Shown here: in pieces, positions 29,143 through 41,114 of the stretch
Layout: each line of letters begins with the position of its first letter
How positions within the stretch are numbered: the first letter of the stretch is position 1
From: a bacterium
Lineage (GTDB): Bacteria > UBA8248
Assembly: GCA_965207065.1 (NCBI GenBank)
Contig: OZ242260.1
Span: 1,088,001-1,152,000 of the forward strand
DNA: 64,000 nt
Reading direction: 5' to 3'
Program-made: the position numbers and the translations under genes
Notes under the pieces: generated by a model
Database searches by the model: none
Told to the model about the DNA's origin: nothing
What the model saw: only the letters and a program-made list of their open reading frames with translations

Positions 29143-30672
29143 ATGCGCAAGTTTCTCGTAATTCTGGCCGTCTTCGCCATTCTGGCAGTAGGCGCGCCCC
29201 TGACGGCTCATGCGAAAAGCACCGTCACCATCGCCCTGACGGGCGAACCACCGACGATGGACCCGCACCGCGTCTCGAACTTCATCGGCGCGATGGTCTG
29301 GCGTTGGAGTTATGACACCCTTATTCACGCCGAGACCGGAACGGGCGCAAAAAAGCCCTGGCTCGCCACGAAGTGGGTGAAAGTATCCCCCAAGAGCGCG
29401 AAATTCCATCTGAGAAAGGGTGTGAAATTCTCGGACGGCACGCGCCTGACGGCGGAAAACTTCAAGTACACGATGACCCGTGTCTTGAAATCCGCGCGCC
29501 AAAAGCAGTACTTCAAAAACTTCGATAAAATCGAAATTCTCGACGACAACACCTTCATCTACCATAACAAACAGCCCGACAGCGGTATGTGGAACCGTCT
29601 GACCCGCTGGGCCGGCTCCATCAGCCTGAAGACCAAGGGTATGGAACTCGCCCACATCTCGCGCAACACCTACGGCACGGGCCCCTACGTCCTCAAATCC
29701 TGGACGAAGGGTCAGAAGATGGTATTCGATGCGAACCCGAACTGGTGGAACAACAAGAACTTCCCGAAACGGCCGCAGCGCATCGTCCTCCGCCGCATCC
29801 GCGAGAGCGCTACGCGCGCCAAGGCGCTCCAGGCGGGCGAGATCGACGTGGCCTGGGGCATCATGCCGCAGTTCATCCCCCAGCTCGAGAAAAACCCCAA
29901 AACGGCAGTCGCCGTCGTCCCCGCCGTGCGCATCATGCACATGGGATTTTTCACGGGACACGGTGGCCCGATGGCCAACGCGAAGGTGCGCCAGGCAATC
30001 AACTACGCCATCGACGCGGAAGCGATTCGGACGACCATCCTGGGCGGACGCGCGGACCTCTTCGGTCAGATGCTTCACCCCTGGAACTACTCGGGCTACA
30101 ACCCGAAGAAAAAATGGTACGGCTACGACCAGGCCAAGGCGAAAGCCCTCCTGAAGGAAGCCGGCTACGAAAAGGGCTTCAAGATGGAACTCGTCGCCAC
30201 GAACGGCCGCTACCCGGGCGACAAGGCCACTTGCGAGGCCATCGCCGGCATGGTCAAGAAAGTCGGCGTGAACGCCACATGTAACTCTCAGCGGTTCCCG
30301 CTCTTCAAGAAGCTGCACCGCGCCTACAAAGCCGGCAAGAAAAAAGGCGCCGCCGCCTATTACATGGGATTCGGCAACGGCGGGGGCGATTCCTCCGGCG
30401 TGCTTCGCGGAACGTCAAGCTGCAAAGGCGCCTGGAGCGGCATGTGCTTCAAGGAGTTGGACGCTCTGATCGACAAGGCCAATGCCACCGTCGATGAGAA
30501 AAAACAGCAGATGGCATTTGAAGCAGTGACCGACAAGATGAAAGAACTGGCCACGCACAAAATCGTCGTGAAGATCCACGACGTGCTCGGCCACCGGGCG
30601 AACCTCAAGTGGACCCCGCGCCACGACGAGACGCTTCTCCCCTGGGAGATCGAAGTGCTCGGCATGAACTAA
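29143..30672 (+). CDS. ABC transporter substrate-binding protein family 5, copy 2
   Basis: Same length (509 aa) and near-identical to copy 1. Confidence 0.93.
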   Translation: MRKFLVILAVFAILAVGAPLTAHAKSTVTIALTGEPPTMDPHRVSNFIGAMVWRWSYDTLIHAETGTGAKKPWLATKWVKVSPKSAKFHLRKGVKFSDGTRLTAENFKYTMTRVLKSARQKQYFKNFDKIEILDDNTFIYHNKQPDSGMWNRLTRWAGSISLKTKGMELAHISRNTYGTGPYVLKSWTKGQKMVFDANPNWWNNKNFPKRPQRIVLRRIRESATRAKALQAGEIDVAWGIMPQFIPQLEKNPKTAVAVVPAVRIMHMGFFTGHGGPMANAKVRQAINYAIDAEAIRTTILGGRADLFGQMLHPWNYSGYNPKKKWYGYDQAKAKALLKEAGYEKGFKMELVATNGRYPGDKATCEAIAGMVKKVGVNATCNSQRFPLFKKLHRAYKAGKKKGAAAYYMGFGNGGGDSSGVLRGTSSCKGAWSGMCFKELDALIDKANATVDEKKQQMAFEAVTDKMKELATHKIVVKIHDVLGHRANLKWTPRHDETLLPWEIEVLGMN

Positions 30673-30695
30673 AGCGGGTGTTTTCGCTGCATCAC

Positions 30696-30733
30696 GCCGC
30701 GGGGGGCGGACTGGCGCCCCCCGCGGTTTTTTT
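30696..30733 (+). terminator. Rho-independent terminator (duplicate of 28684)
   Basis: GC stem plus T-run. Confidence 0.75.
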
Positions 30734-30771
30734 ACACCTTCACGGATAAAACGCTTACTTGAGGTTCAGAC

Positions 30772-31779
30772 ATGAAATTCGGCATCTTTCTGTCCGCACA
30801 GCAGACCCTGGACGCCAATCTTGTCGATGCGTTCCGCTCTCAAATCGATCTGGTTCGCCTGACGCGAGACAAGGGTTGGGATTCTTTCTTCACCGGCCAG
30901 CACTACCTGAGCGAGGGGAACGTGCAGCACCTGCAAAACCTGCCCTTTCTTGCTCGCCTGAAGGCAGAGGCAGGCGACATGATGCTCGGCATCGGCGTGT
31001 TGCTCATCAATCTGCATAATCCGGTCTACGTGGCGGAGACCGTCGCCACCATGGACGTGATCGCCGAGGGCAACATGGCCTTCGGCGTCGGCCTCGGCTA
31101 CCGCGACGTGGAGTTCGACGCCTTCGGCGTCCGGCGGGGCGAGCGGGTGAAGCGCTTCGTGGACTGCCTCGAACTGGTGAAGCGCTTGTGGACGGAAGAA
31201 TCCGTATCGTTTGAGAGCGAATACTGCACACTCGATAACGTGCGCATGAACATGCGCCCCGTGCAGAAGCCTCATCCGCCCATCTGGTTCGCAGCGAACA
31301 ACGACCCGGCCGTGAAGCGCGCCGCGCACATGGGCGATACGCTCTTCATTAACCCCCACGCCACCACGGCTACCATCGCTCGCCAGATGGACGTCTACCG
31401 CGAAGGCCTGGCGGAGGCGGGCAAACCCATGCCTGAGGAGCTCCCCTGCATGAAGGAGGTCTTCTGCGCGAAGGACAGGAAAACGGCGCTCGAACTCGCC
31501 GGCCCCTACCTTGGTCAGAAATACAGGGACTACGCCCGCTGGGGGCAGGACAAGGCCCTGCCCGGGGATGAGACCTTCGATCAGCCCTTCGAGGACTTGC
31601 TCAAGGACCGCTTCGTCATCGGCTCACCGGAGGATTGCTACGAGCAACTCAAACCCTACAAGGACATGGGTGTGAACCACCTCATCTTCCGCACGCACTG
31701 GATCGGCATGCCTGCCTCCTCGGCGCTTGAGAGCGCGCGGCTCATCTCCGATGAACTCATGCCCGCTCTGAAGGCATAG
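30772..31779 (+). CDS. LLM class flavin-dependent oxidoreductase
   Basis: MKFGIF, GQHY, GVGLGYRDVEF, PVQKPHPPIW, VIGSPEDC. Confidence 0.9.
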   Translation: MKFGIFLSAQQTLDANLVDAFRSQIDLVRLTRDKGWDSFFTGQHYLSEGNVQHLQNLPFLARLKAEAGDMMLGIGVLLINLHNPVYVAETVATMDVIAEGNMAFGVGLGYRDVEFDAFGVRRGERVKRFVDCLELVKRLWTEESVSFESEYCTLDNVRMNMRPVQKPHPPIWFAANNDPAVKRAAHMGDTLFINPHATTATIARQMDVYREGLAEAGKPMPEELPCMKEVFCAKDRKTALELAGPYLGQKYRDYARWGQDKALPGDETFDQPFEDLLKDRFVIGSPEDCYEQLKPYKDMGVNHLIFRTHWIGMPASSALESARLISDELMPALKA

Positions 31780-31799
31780 AACACCAGGGAGACACTACA

Positions 31800-32990
31800 A
31801 TGGCTTCTGCAAAAGATTTTCCCCGCTACCCGAAAACCGAATACACGCGCCGCTACCGCGAAATCAGAAAAAGGATGCGCGCGCGGGGAATCGACGTCCT
31901 CATCTTCTATGGGGATTCGGGGATGCAGGGCGGCAACCAGGCCAACCTCAAATACGTCACGAACTACAAGGACCCGGTGAGCAGTTTCTTCGTCTTTCCG
32001 CTCAAGGGCGCGCCCGCCCTTTTCATCTCGAACCGGCTCTATCTCCCCTATGCCAAGAAGATGAGCATCATCGCGAAGACAGAGGCCGTGGACTACGAGC
32101 CGGGGCTCAAGGTCGAGGGACGCATCCGCGAATTGGGGCTTGCGAAAGGAACCATCGGCCTGGTCGGCTTTCGCGGCATTCTGCCCGTGTCCATGCCGTT
32201 CAGCGTGGTGGATCACTGGCGTAAAGCTCTTAAAAGTGCGAGCTTTACGGACGCCTCGGACATTCTCGCCGAGGTCCGGCTCATCAAGAGCCGTGAGGAA
32301 CTCAAGTGGTTCCGGCGCGGCGCGGCTCTTACGGACATGGCCTTCGAGGCTCTGGATAAAAAAGCAAAGACAGGCATGAGCGAGTTCGAACTCGCCGCCA
32401 CCATCTCCGGCGCATACGTGCCCAAAGGCGGAAGCCCGCAGCTCATTTTCGTGGGTTCGACCTCCATGGCGAGGCCGCAGCTAATCTTCCCGAACCAGTT
32501 CCCGTCGCACCGCAAGATAAGAAAAGGCGATATCGTGCTGACGGAACTATCCGCCGATTACGAAATGCACCCCGGCCAGGCGCACCGGCCCATCTCCGTC
32601 GGCGTGGAACCGACCCCCATCTACAGGAAACTCTACGAGGTTGGCGTTGAGGCCTACGAGCGGATACTCAAGGCATTGAAACCGGGCAACACGCACGAGG
32701 ACATCAAGCGCGCAGGCTCCATCATCGAGGAGGAGGGCTTCACAACCTTCGACACCACCTTCCACGGCTGGGGACTGCTCATCGAAAACCCCCGCGTCGA
32801 CGTGGGTGCTACCATCCTCAAGCGTCCGCAGAACGAGATCACTTTTCAGGAAGGCATGCTCATGGTGATTCAACCCAACGTCTGCACGGCGGACGATAAG
32901 CGCGGTCTTCAGGTGGGGAACCTCGTGGAAGTCACCAAGACCGGCGCGCACGCACTCCAGAAATATCCCATGAAGTTCATGCGCATATAA
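31800..32990 (+). CDS. M24 (pita-bread) family hydrolase, creatinase/DoeA-like, metal ligands degenerate
   Basis: EYTRRYREIR N-domain, RLIKSREEL, HGWGL, IQPN. Confidence 0.8.
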   Translation: MASAKDFPRYPKTEYTRRYREIRKRMRARGIDVLIFYGDSGMQGGNQANLKYVTNYKDPVSSFFVFPLKGAPALFISNRLYLPYAKKMSIIAKTEAVDYEPGLKVEGRIRELGLAKGTIGLVGFRGILPVSMPFSVVDHWRKALKSASFTDASDILAEVRLIKSREELKWFRRGAALTDMAFEALDKKAKTGMSEFELAATISGAYVPKGGSPQLIFVGSTSMARPQLIFPNQFPSHRKIRKGDIVLTELSADYEMHPGQAHRPISVGVEPTPIYRKLYEVGVEAYERILKALKPGNTHEDIKRAGSIIEEEGFTTFDTTFHGWGLLIENPRVDVGATILKRPQNEITFQEGMLMVIQPNVCTADDKRGLQVGNLVEVTKTGAHALQKYPMKFMRI

Positions 32991-33028
32991 AAAGCCGCCC
33001 CGCTGGCTCATCCTGCGGGGCGACTTTT
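32991..33028. terminator. Bidirectional terminator between convergent genes
   Basis: AAAAGCCGCCCCGC..GCGGGGCGACTTTT. Confidence 0.7.
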
Positions 33029-33041
33029 ATGATCAGGAGAA

Positions 33042-33485
33042 TCAGTTTGCCGGCATGGCCGCGATCTGCTTGCCAAGGTCTTCGGCGAGGGGAGAACCCA
33101 GGCTTTTCAACTTTTGTAAATCCGCCCGTGCAGCCGCCTTGTTTCCGGCCATGACGTGGGCGACGCCCCTGTATTCGAGAGCGGGGGCGTAGTCGGGCTT
33201 GATGGAGAGCGCTTTGTTATAGGCGGCGATGGCATCTTTCGCCTTGCCCATCTTCCTCAAAGAATAGCCCAGCATGTTGAAGGCCTTGTAATGCTGCCCG
33301 TCTTCTTCGATCACTTTACGGAAAAGGGTTGCTGCCTCCTCCCATTTGCCCTGCCGCGCCTTTTCCTCTCCTTGCGCATAATTCTGTCCGGCCATCTCGG
33401 GTTTGGGATCCCCCGCCGGATGAGAGGGCGCCGCCAGAGCGAGTGAAATCACGACCGCAAAAATAACGAGAGACAAAATTTTCAT
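33042..33485 (-). CDS. Exported TPR-repeat protein
   Basis: Signal peptide MKILSLV; AFNMLGYSLRKMG, ALSIKPDYAPALEYRG. Confidence 0.85.
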   Translation of the reverse strand: MKILSLVIFAVVISLALAAPSHPAGDPKPEMAGQNYAQGEEKARQGKWEEAATLFRKVIEEDGQHYKAFNMLGYSLRKMGKAKDAIAAYNKALSIKPDYAPALEYRGVAHVMAGNKAAARADLQKLKSLGSPLAEDLGKQIAAMPAN

Positions 33486-33655
33486 GACATCATCTCCTGG
33501 AAACGAAACTTCCATTTTCAGACGGCATATTTTGATTGGTTGCACTTATCGATCAATCAGATCGATACATGAATTTCGGCCTCATGTATACGGCAAAAAA
33601 AGAGGGCTGTCATTCACCCTTTCGGGTAAGCAACAGCCCCCAAGCGAAATGCCCG

Positions 33656-34081
33656 TTAGTTATTGAGGCCGCTTTGGTTCGCCACGGAAATGCGGGTGAT
33701 GGCGCGCTTCAAGGACAACTCGGCGCGATCGAAATCGAGTTCTTCCTCGCTCTTCTGGCCCCCCATGCGCTCCTGCGCGCGCTGGCGCGATTCCCGCGCA
33801 CGCGCGGCGTCGATGTCTTCGGCCCGCTCGGCGCTCTCCGCCAGGATGGTTATCTTGTCGGGACCCACCTCGGCGTATCCGTCGATGATCGAGATGAAAT
33901 ACCGAGCGCTGCCCGTGCGGTAGCTGAGCACGCCGACGCCGAGCTGGCACAGATAGGGCGTATGCTGGGGCAATACACCGAACTCGCCGTAAAACCCCGG
34001 AGCCGTCACCTCGTCCACCTCGGCGGAGACGAGCTTTCGCTCGGGCGTTACGATGTCGAGCATCATCTTGCCTTCAACCAT
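33656..34081 (-). CDS. atpC: ATP synthase F1 epsilon subunit
   Basis: LDIVTPER, GEFGVLPQHTP, AERAEDID. Confidence 0.96.
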   Translation of the reverse strand: MVEGKMMLDIVTPERKLVSAEVDEVTAPGFYGEFGVLPQHTPYLCQLGVGVLSYRTGSARYFISIIDGYAEVGPDKITILAESAERAEDIDAARARESRQRAQERMGGQKSEEELDFDRAELSLKRAITRISVANQSGLNN

Positions 34082-34085
34082 TCTC

Positions 34086-35546
<1,461 letters not shown>

Positions 35547-35593
35547 TCATCGAGCGACTCTGTTCGGGGATGTTTTCTCTGATCCGTAATCCT

Positions 35594-36475
35594 CTACGCC
35601 AACGCATCGGCCCCGGCCACCACTTCGAGCAACTCCGTGGTGATCGAAGCCTGGCGTACACGGTTCATCTGCAACGTCAGCGTCCCTATCATCTCCTCGG
35701 CGTTTCTGGACGCGTTGTCCATTGCCGTCATTCGGGCGCCGAACTCGCTCGCCTCCGCATCGAGGAGCGACCTGTAGATCTGCACCCGCACGTGTCTCGG
35801 CAAGATGCTGTCCAGCACGCCCTCCATCGAGGGCTCGTAAATATATTCCGCCGCCACGGGCTCGCCTTGCTCGTCGATAGACTCGGGCACCGGGGGGGCC
35901 AGGGGCAGAAGACGCGAGAGCCTCGGGTTCTGGCTCAGAATCGTGCGAAATTCCGTGGTGATGATGTGGACCTCATCGAATCCCTCTTCAAGATACGCCT
36001 TGGTCAAGATTTCGGCCAATTTTGCGGCGAGAGCAAAGTCAATCTTCCCGTAGACATCGGTGAACTGCTCCTTGAACCCAAATTCCCGTCGCGCGAGGAA
36101 ATCACGGCCCTTGCGGCCCACGACGATTATCTCTGTCTCTTTACCTTCTTCCTCGCGCTTTCTCAGGAACTGAAATGCCTGACGAAGCAAATTGGTGTTG
36201 TAGCCGCCGCAAAGACCCTTGTCCGAGGTGATGACGAGAAGAAGCACCCTGTCGTCCTTCATATCGTCGCGTAGAAGGGGGTGCGTGTCCGCCGAGACTT
36301 TCGCGGCCAGCGAATTCACCAGCTCTTCAATCTTCTCGCTGTAGGGCCGGGCGCTCTCGATGCGCTCCTGCGCTCTCCGCACCTTTGAAGCAGCCACGAG
36401 CTTCATCGCTCTCGTGATCTGCTGGGTGTTCTTTACGCTGCGTATGCGGCGCTTATAATCTCTGGTAGAGGCCAT
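35594..36475 (-). CDS. atpG: ATP synthase F1 gamma subunit
   Basis: ITRAMKLVAASK, SDKGLCGGYN, RQASITTELLEV. Confidence 0.98.
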   Translation of the reverse strand: MASTRDYKRRIRSVKNTQQITRAMKLVAASKVRRAQERIESARPYSEKIEELVNSLAAKVSADTHPLLRDDMKDDRVLLLVITSDKGLCGGYNTNLLRQAFQFLRKREEEGKETEIIVVGRKGRDFLARREFGFKEQFTDVYGKIDFALAAKLAEILTKAYLEEGFDEVHIITTEFRTILSQNPRLSRLLPLAPPVPESIDEQGEPVAAEYIYEPSMEGVLDSILPRHVRVQIYRSLLDAEASEFGARMTAMDNASRNAEEMIGTLTLQMNRVRQASITTELLEVVAGADALA

Positions 36476-36482
36476 TTTTCAC

Positions 36483-38024
36483 CTATTCCGCCGCGGCAGC
36501 TGCCGCTTCGGGCTCCGCAGTCTGGAGCGTCTTCATGAATTCCTCACACGCGGCCCGCAAGCCCTCGGTGATCTCGTCGGTCAACTCGCGCTTTTCAATC
36601 AAATCGTTCACCAGCTGCGAGTGACTCGTCTCCATATAGGTCAGGAAGTCGTTGTTCACTTTTTCAATTTCATCGATTTCCACGTTATCGAGATAGCCCT
36701 GCGTGCCCAGGAAGATTGACATGGTCTGGCGGTGTACTATCTCGGGCGCATACTGGGGCTGTTTGAGCAGTTCCGTCAGGCGTGAACCACGGGCCAACTG
36801 CGCTTGCGTGGCCGCGTCGAGTTCGGAGCCGAACTGCGCGAAAGCCGCCATCTCGCGATACTGCGCCAAATCGAGGCGCAAAGTGCCAGCCACCTTTTTC
36901 ATCGCCCTGTTCTGTGCGGCGCCTCCCACACGGGAGACGGAAAGACCCACGTTGATGGCGGGCCGGATGCCCGAGTGGAACAGGGCGGATTCGAGATAAA
37001 TCTGCCCGTCGGTGATGGAGATCACGTTCGTCGGGATATAGGCCGACACGTCACCCGCCTGCGTCTCGATGATGGGCAGGGCCGTGAGCGAACCACCGCC
37101 CAAGTCGTCGTTCAGCTTGGCCGCGCGCTCCAGAAGACGCGAATGCAGGTAGAAGACGTCTCCGGGATAGGCCTCGCGGCCCGGCGGGCGCCTGAGCATG
37201 AGAGAAAGCTGGCGATAGGCCGCCGCCTGTTTCGAAAGGTCGTCATAGATAATCAGCGCGTGCATGCCGTTGTCGCGGAAATATTCGCCGATAGCGCACC
37301 CTGCATACGGGGAGATGTACTGCAGAGGCGCCGGGTCTGACGCCGTGGCCGCCACGACGACGGTGTAGTCCATCGCGCCGTATTCCTCAAGCGTGCTCAC
37401 CACCTGCGCGAGCGTGGAACGTTTTTGGCCGGTGCAGACGTAGATGCAATACACGTCGGTGTTTTTCTGGTTGATGATGGCGTCGATCGCGATAGCGGTC
37501 TTGCCGGTCTGCCTGTCGCCGATGATGAGTTCGCGTTGCCCGCGGCCAATCGGCACCATGCCGTCGATCGCCTTGATGCCCGTCTGCAAAGGTTCTTTCA
37601 CGGGCTGGCGCTCCACCACGCCGGGGGCGATAACCTCAAGGTTTTGGGTATCATCGGTCTCGATGGGGCCTTTTCCGTCGATGGGCTGGCCCAGCGCGTT
37701 CACGACGCGTCCGGCCAGCGCCTTGCCGACGGGCACCTCGACAATTCGGCCCGTGCGCCGGACCTCGTCACCCTCCTTGATGGCGCGATCATCGCCTAAG
37801 AGCACGGCGCCGACGTTGTCAGTTTCGAGGTTGAGCGCCATCCCAAACAAATCACCGGGGAAGGCCAGCAACTCACCGGCCATGCACTTCTCGAGACCAT
37901 AGATACGGGCGATGCCGTCGCCCACCGAAATGACGCTGCCGGTCTCGGCGAGTTCGACCGAGGCGTCGAAACCCTCGATTTGTTTCTGAATGATCTGGCT
38001 GATTTCTTCGGCGCGAATCTGCAT
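36483..38024 (-). CDS. atpA: ATP synthase F1 alpha subunit
   Basis: [26 protein letters not shown] 38024. Confidence 0.98.
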   Translation of the reverse strand: MQIRAEEISQIIQKQIEGFDASVELAETGSVISVGDGIARIYGLEKCMAGELLAFPGDLFGMALNLETDNVGAVLLGDDRAIKEGDEVRRTGRIVEVPVGKALAGRVVNALGQPIDGKGPIETDDTQNLEVIAPGVVERQPVKEPLQTGIKAIDGMVPIGRGQRELIIGDRQTGKTAIAIDAIINQKNTDVYCIYVCTGQKRSTLAQVVSTLEEYGAMDYTVVVAATASDPAPLQYISPYAGCAIGEYFRDNGMHALIIYDDLSKQAAAYRQLSLMLRRPPGREAYPGDVFYLHSRLLERAAKLNDDLGGGSLTALPIIETQAGDVSAYIPTNVISITDGQIYLESALFHSGIRPAINVGLSVSRVGGAAQNRAMKKVAGTLRLDLAQYREMAAFAQFGSELDAATQAQLARGSRLTELLKQPQYAPEIVHRQTMSIFLGTQGYLDNVEIDEIEKVNNDFLTYMETSHSQLVNDLIEKRELTDEITEGLRAACEEFMKTLQTAEPEAAAAAAE

Positions 38025-38062
38025 GGATTGCCCCCTTGATCCTTCAACTTGTTCTTGGAGTA

Positions 38063-38605
38063 TCAACTCGTAATCAACGTATTCCTTAAATTGCGTAGCT
38101 GGTTCTTGATGCTGCCGTCCATAATGACGCCGCCCACGCGACAGACCAGCCCGCCAATCAGTGTCTCGTCCGTCTCCACTTCCATGAGTACCTCACGGCC
38201 CGTAATCTCGGAGAGCTTTTCGCGCAGCCCCTCGATTGCCTCTGCATCCAGGTCGTAGGCCGCCTTCACCTGCGCGCGAACCCGGCCGCGTCTCTCATCC
38301 GCAAGCTGCTGGTAGCTGTGCGCCATATCGGTGAGTTCGCCGATGCGGTCTTTCTCGGCCACCACACGTACGAAGTTGCGCAACAACTCGTCTGCGCCCG
38401 ATGCGGCCATAATCTCATCGAGTATCTTTACCCGCTCAGCGCGCGCGAAACGTGGGTTGAGTAAAACGCGCCGCAACTCCTGGTTACCCTGAAACTCGCC
38501 CGCTATCTCCGACAGCGCTTCTCCGGTTTCATCCAGAACGCCACGGCTCTCGGCAATGTCCACCAACGCTCGCGCATAGCGGCGCGCCGCCTCGCCACCA
38601 ATCAC
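38063..38605 (-). CDS. atpH: ATP synthase F1 delta subunit
   Basis: [25 protein letters not shown]. Confidence 0.95.
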   Translation of the reverse strand: MIGGEAARRYARALVDIAESRGVLDETGEALSEIAGEFQGNQELRRVLLNPRFARAERVKILDEIMAASGADELLRNFVRVVAEKDRIGELTDMAHSYQQLADERRGRVRAQVKAAYDLDAEAIEGLREKLSEITGREVLMEVETDETLIGGLVCRVGGVIMDGSIKNQLRNLRNTLITS

Positions 38606-39204
38606 AGCGATCCTCCGTTTCTATCTTCGAGCTTGGCGAGATAGTTTTCGACAAATCTTTCCTGATCCGCCTCGCCCAAATCTTTTCTGAGCATCTCCTC
38701 GGCCAGGTTCAACGCCAGACTCGCCGCCTGATTCTGTAGATCCGCGCGCGCCTTGGACGCCTCGAGCTCGATGGTCGTTCTCGTCTGCTCGAGCAGTCGC
38801 TGCGCCTGATTCTCCTGTTCTTCTTCGAGTCTCTCCCGCATCGCGGCGCGCTCTTTTTCACCCTGTTCGCGAACGCGCACGAGTTCGGCTTCCAGATCGG
38901 CCACCTTGGAACGTTGCTCGGCAAGCTCTTTTTCCGCCTCCTCGCGGGCCGCCCGGGATTCCTCGAGCGCCTTGCGTATTCCCTCTCTTCTGCCCTTGAG
39001 GAAGTTCCTGATGGGGTGATACGCGACCTTGTAGAGAATGCCCACGACGATGAGCGTGTTGACGATCTTGAAGAGTTCCTCGGTGAAGCTGAACGCCTTG
39101 GCGTGCGCTCCGGCCTCCGCGGCCAGTACCCATTCCGCAGAAAGCAGGGCCGCCACAAGAACCAGAAGGCCCGAAAGGCTGCTGAATTTTTTCTCTGAAA
39201 GCAC
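38602..39204 (-). CDS. atpF: ATP synthase F0 subunit b
   Basis: TM helix followed by long charged coiled coil; position in operon. Confidence 0.88.
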   Translation of the reverse strand: MLSEKKFSSLSGLLVLVAALLSAEWVLAAEAGAHAKAFSFTEELFKIVNTLIVVGILYKVAYHPIRNFLKGRREGIRKALEESRAAREEAEKELAEQRSKVADLEAELVRVREQGEKERAAMRERLEEEQENQAQRLLEQTRTTIELEASKARADLQNQAASLALNLAEEMLRKDLGEADQERFVENYLAKLEDRNGGSL

Positions 39205-39219
39205 GGCTTGTCGAATCCT

Positions 39220-39798
39220 CTATGCGATGCTGCGGCCCGCAAGCCTTGTGGCGATTTCACCCGCCAGCCGGCTGGCGCTACTCTCGAGTTCGGAAGCCGC
39301 CTGTTTCGCCTGCGCCGCGATGGACTGACGCGTTTCCTCTATCTCACGGTTCGTTCGCTCGCGAACCCCATCGAGGCGATTGCGGGTCGCTTCTGTCATC
39401 TCCTGCTGGAGCGCGATGAGGGCTTCCGTATTCTCGCGCTGAATCTCCGCCAGGGCGTCCTCGTACTGGCTGATGTAGCCCGCCGCCTCGCTCTTGTCGC
39501 GCTCGGCAGTTTCGAGGTCGCCGGTGATCTGCGCGTCACGCGATTCCATGTGACTCAGCAGTGGTTTAATCAGTATTTTGTTGAGGACGATCAACAGGAT
39601 CAGGAAGTTGGTCCACTGAATCAGGATGACGATCGGATTGATGACGAGGGCGCCGCTTCCCACGTTGAAGCTCGCGAGCCATGCGCCGAAACCGCTCGTG
39701 GGGGCGCTCGCAGCCCAGGATATGGACGGCGCGACCAGTAGCATGAGAATCTGCGTCAGGCCGAATACGAATCGTTTCAAACGAAAAAGGCGGACCAT
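39220..39798 (-). CDS. ATP synthase F0 subunit b'
   Basis: IQWTNFLILLIVLNKILIKPL then coiled coil; start codon uncertain. Confidence 0.85.
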   Translation of the reverse strand: MVRLFRLKRFVFGLTQILMLLVAPSISWAASAPTSGFGAWLASFNVGSGALVINPIVILIQWTNFLILLIVLNKILIKPLLSHMESRDAQITGDLETAERDKSEAAGYISQYEDALAEIQRENTEALIALQQEMTEATRNRLDGVRERTNREIEETRQSIAAQAKQAASELESSASRLAGEIATRLAGRSIA

Positions 39799-40121
39799 CG
39801 TTTCCTCTGCATCATGCCCTATAGAGCACAAACCCATCCCAAGGAGATTCGGGCGCTTCCACGAAAAACCGTCGGGGAATGGCGTATGAAATCGTATGGT
39901 TTTCAAGGGCATGGCTTGATGACCTGCCCCGAAAAACGCTTAAAACTACCCACAGCCATGGTCGAAGTCAAGCCCCGGAGGAATTTTTTACAACTTCCCG
40001 AATTCAGGGTGTTCGGCCTTCGTTCTCCGGTACGCTACACCTCCTCGCGCCAGGGGATTTGTGCTATTTTCCAAACAATCCCGAAACTCCCGTATCACCT
40101 GCCTCATTCATGGAGATAGCA

Positions 40122-41114
40122 ATGAAATTCGTTACTTTCGAAATCGCCACCCCTCTCGGAAACGTCCCCCGTGTCGGCGCTCTGGCTGAAGGTGCGGGCG
40201 ATCCAATCGCCCTGGACCTCGCCCACGGCTACGCCGCGCTCCTGCAGGAAGAAGGTGCTGAGCCTCGTTTTCTTGAATACGCAGACTTCAGGCTTCCCCA
40301 GGATATGTGCGAATTGATGGCGGGCGGGGAACCATCCCTCCAAGCCGCCCGGGCGGCGCAGGAATACATTCTGGCGAACCCTGCCAGACGCGGGCCGGAT
40401 GGAGAGCAAATTACCTTCTCCCTTCAAGAGGTTCGTTTGCGCGCACCGGTGCCCCGGCCTGTCACGTTTCGCGATTTTCTGATCCACGAGGGACACAAGG
40501 CCGCGGGCGCGCGTCGCAGAAACACTGCCATCGATCCCACCTGGTACGAGCTTCCTTCCTGCTACAAGGGAAACCGCCTGACTATCATCGGCCCGGATGA
40601 CGAACTCAAATGGCCTCACTACACCAAAAAACTCGACTATGAACTCGAACTCGCCATGTTCATCGGAAAGTGCGGCAAGGACATCTCTCAGGAAAACGCC
40701 ATGGATCACGTATTCGGCTTCAGCGTTCTGAATGATTTCAGCGCGCGCGACATCCAGATTGAGGAGATGAAAAACTGGCTAGGGCCCCACAAGGGCAAGG
40801 ATTTCGGCACGGCGATCGGCCCTTGCGTAGTCACGACGGATGAGTTCGACCCCACCAACGCGGTGATGATCGCCCGCGTCAACGGTGAGGAATGGAGCCG
40901 GGGCAACGCGGGCGACGCCTACTATTCATGGAACAAGATGATCGAATACGCCTCGATGGAGGAAGAACTGGTTCCGGGAGAGATGTTCGGCTCAGGCACC
41001 GTGGCCACGGGCTGCGGGGCGGATCTTGATAAATGGATTAAACCGGGAGACGTCATTGAACTCGAAATCGAGGGAATCGGCGTCCTGCAAAACAAGATTG
41101 TGAGAGAGACTTAA
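40122..41114 (+). CDS. Fumarylacetoacetate hydrolase family protein
   Basis: RDFLIHEGH, LDYELELA, NDFSARDIQ, KGKDF, GSGTV. Confidence 0.9.
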   Translation: MKFVTFEIATPLGNVPRVGALAEGAGDPIALDLAHGYAALLQEEGAEPRFLEYADFRLPQDMCELMAGGEPSLQAARAAQEYILANPARRGPDGEQITFSLQEVRLRAPVPRPVTFRDFLIHEGHKAAGARRRNTAIDPTWYELPSCYKGNRLTIIGPDDELKWPHYTKKLDYELELAMFIGKCGKDISQENAMDHVFGFSVLNDFSARDIQIEEMKNWLGPHKGKDFGTAIGPCVVTTDEFDPTNAVMIARVNGEEWSRGNAGDAYYSWNKMIEYASMEEELVPGEMFGSGTVATGCGADLDKWIKPGDVIELEIEGIGVLQNKIVRET

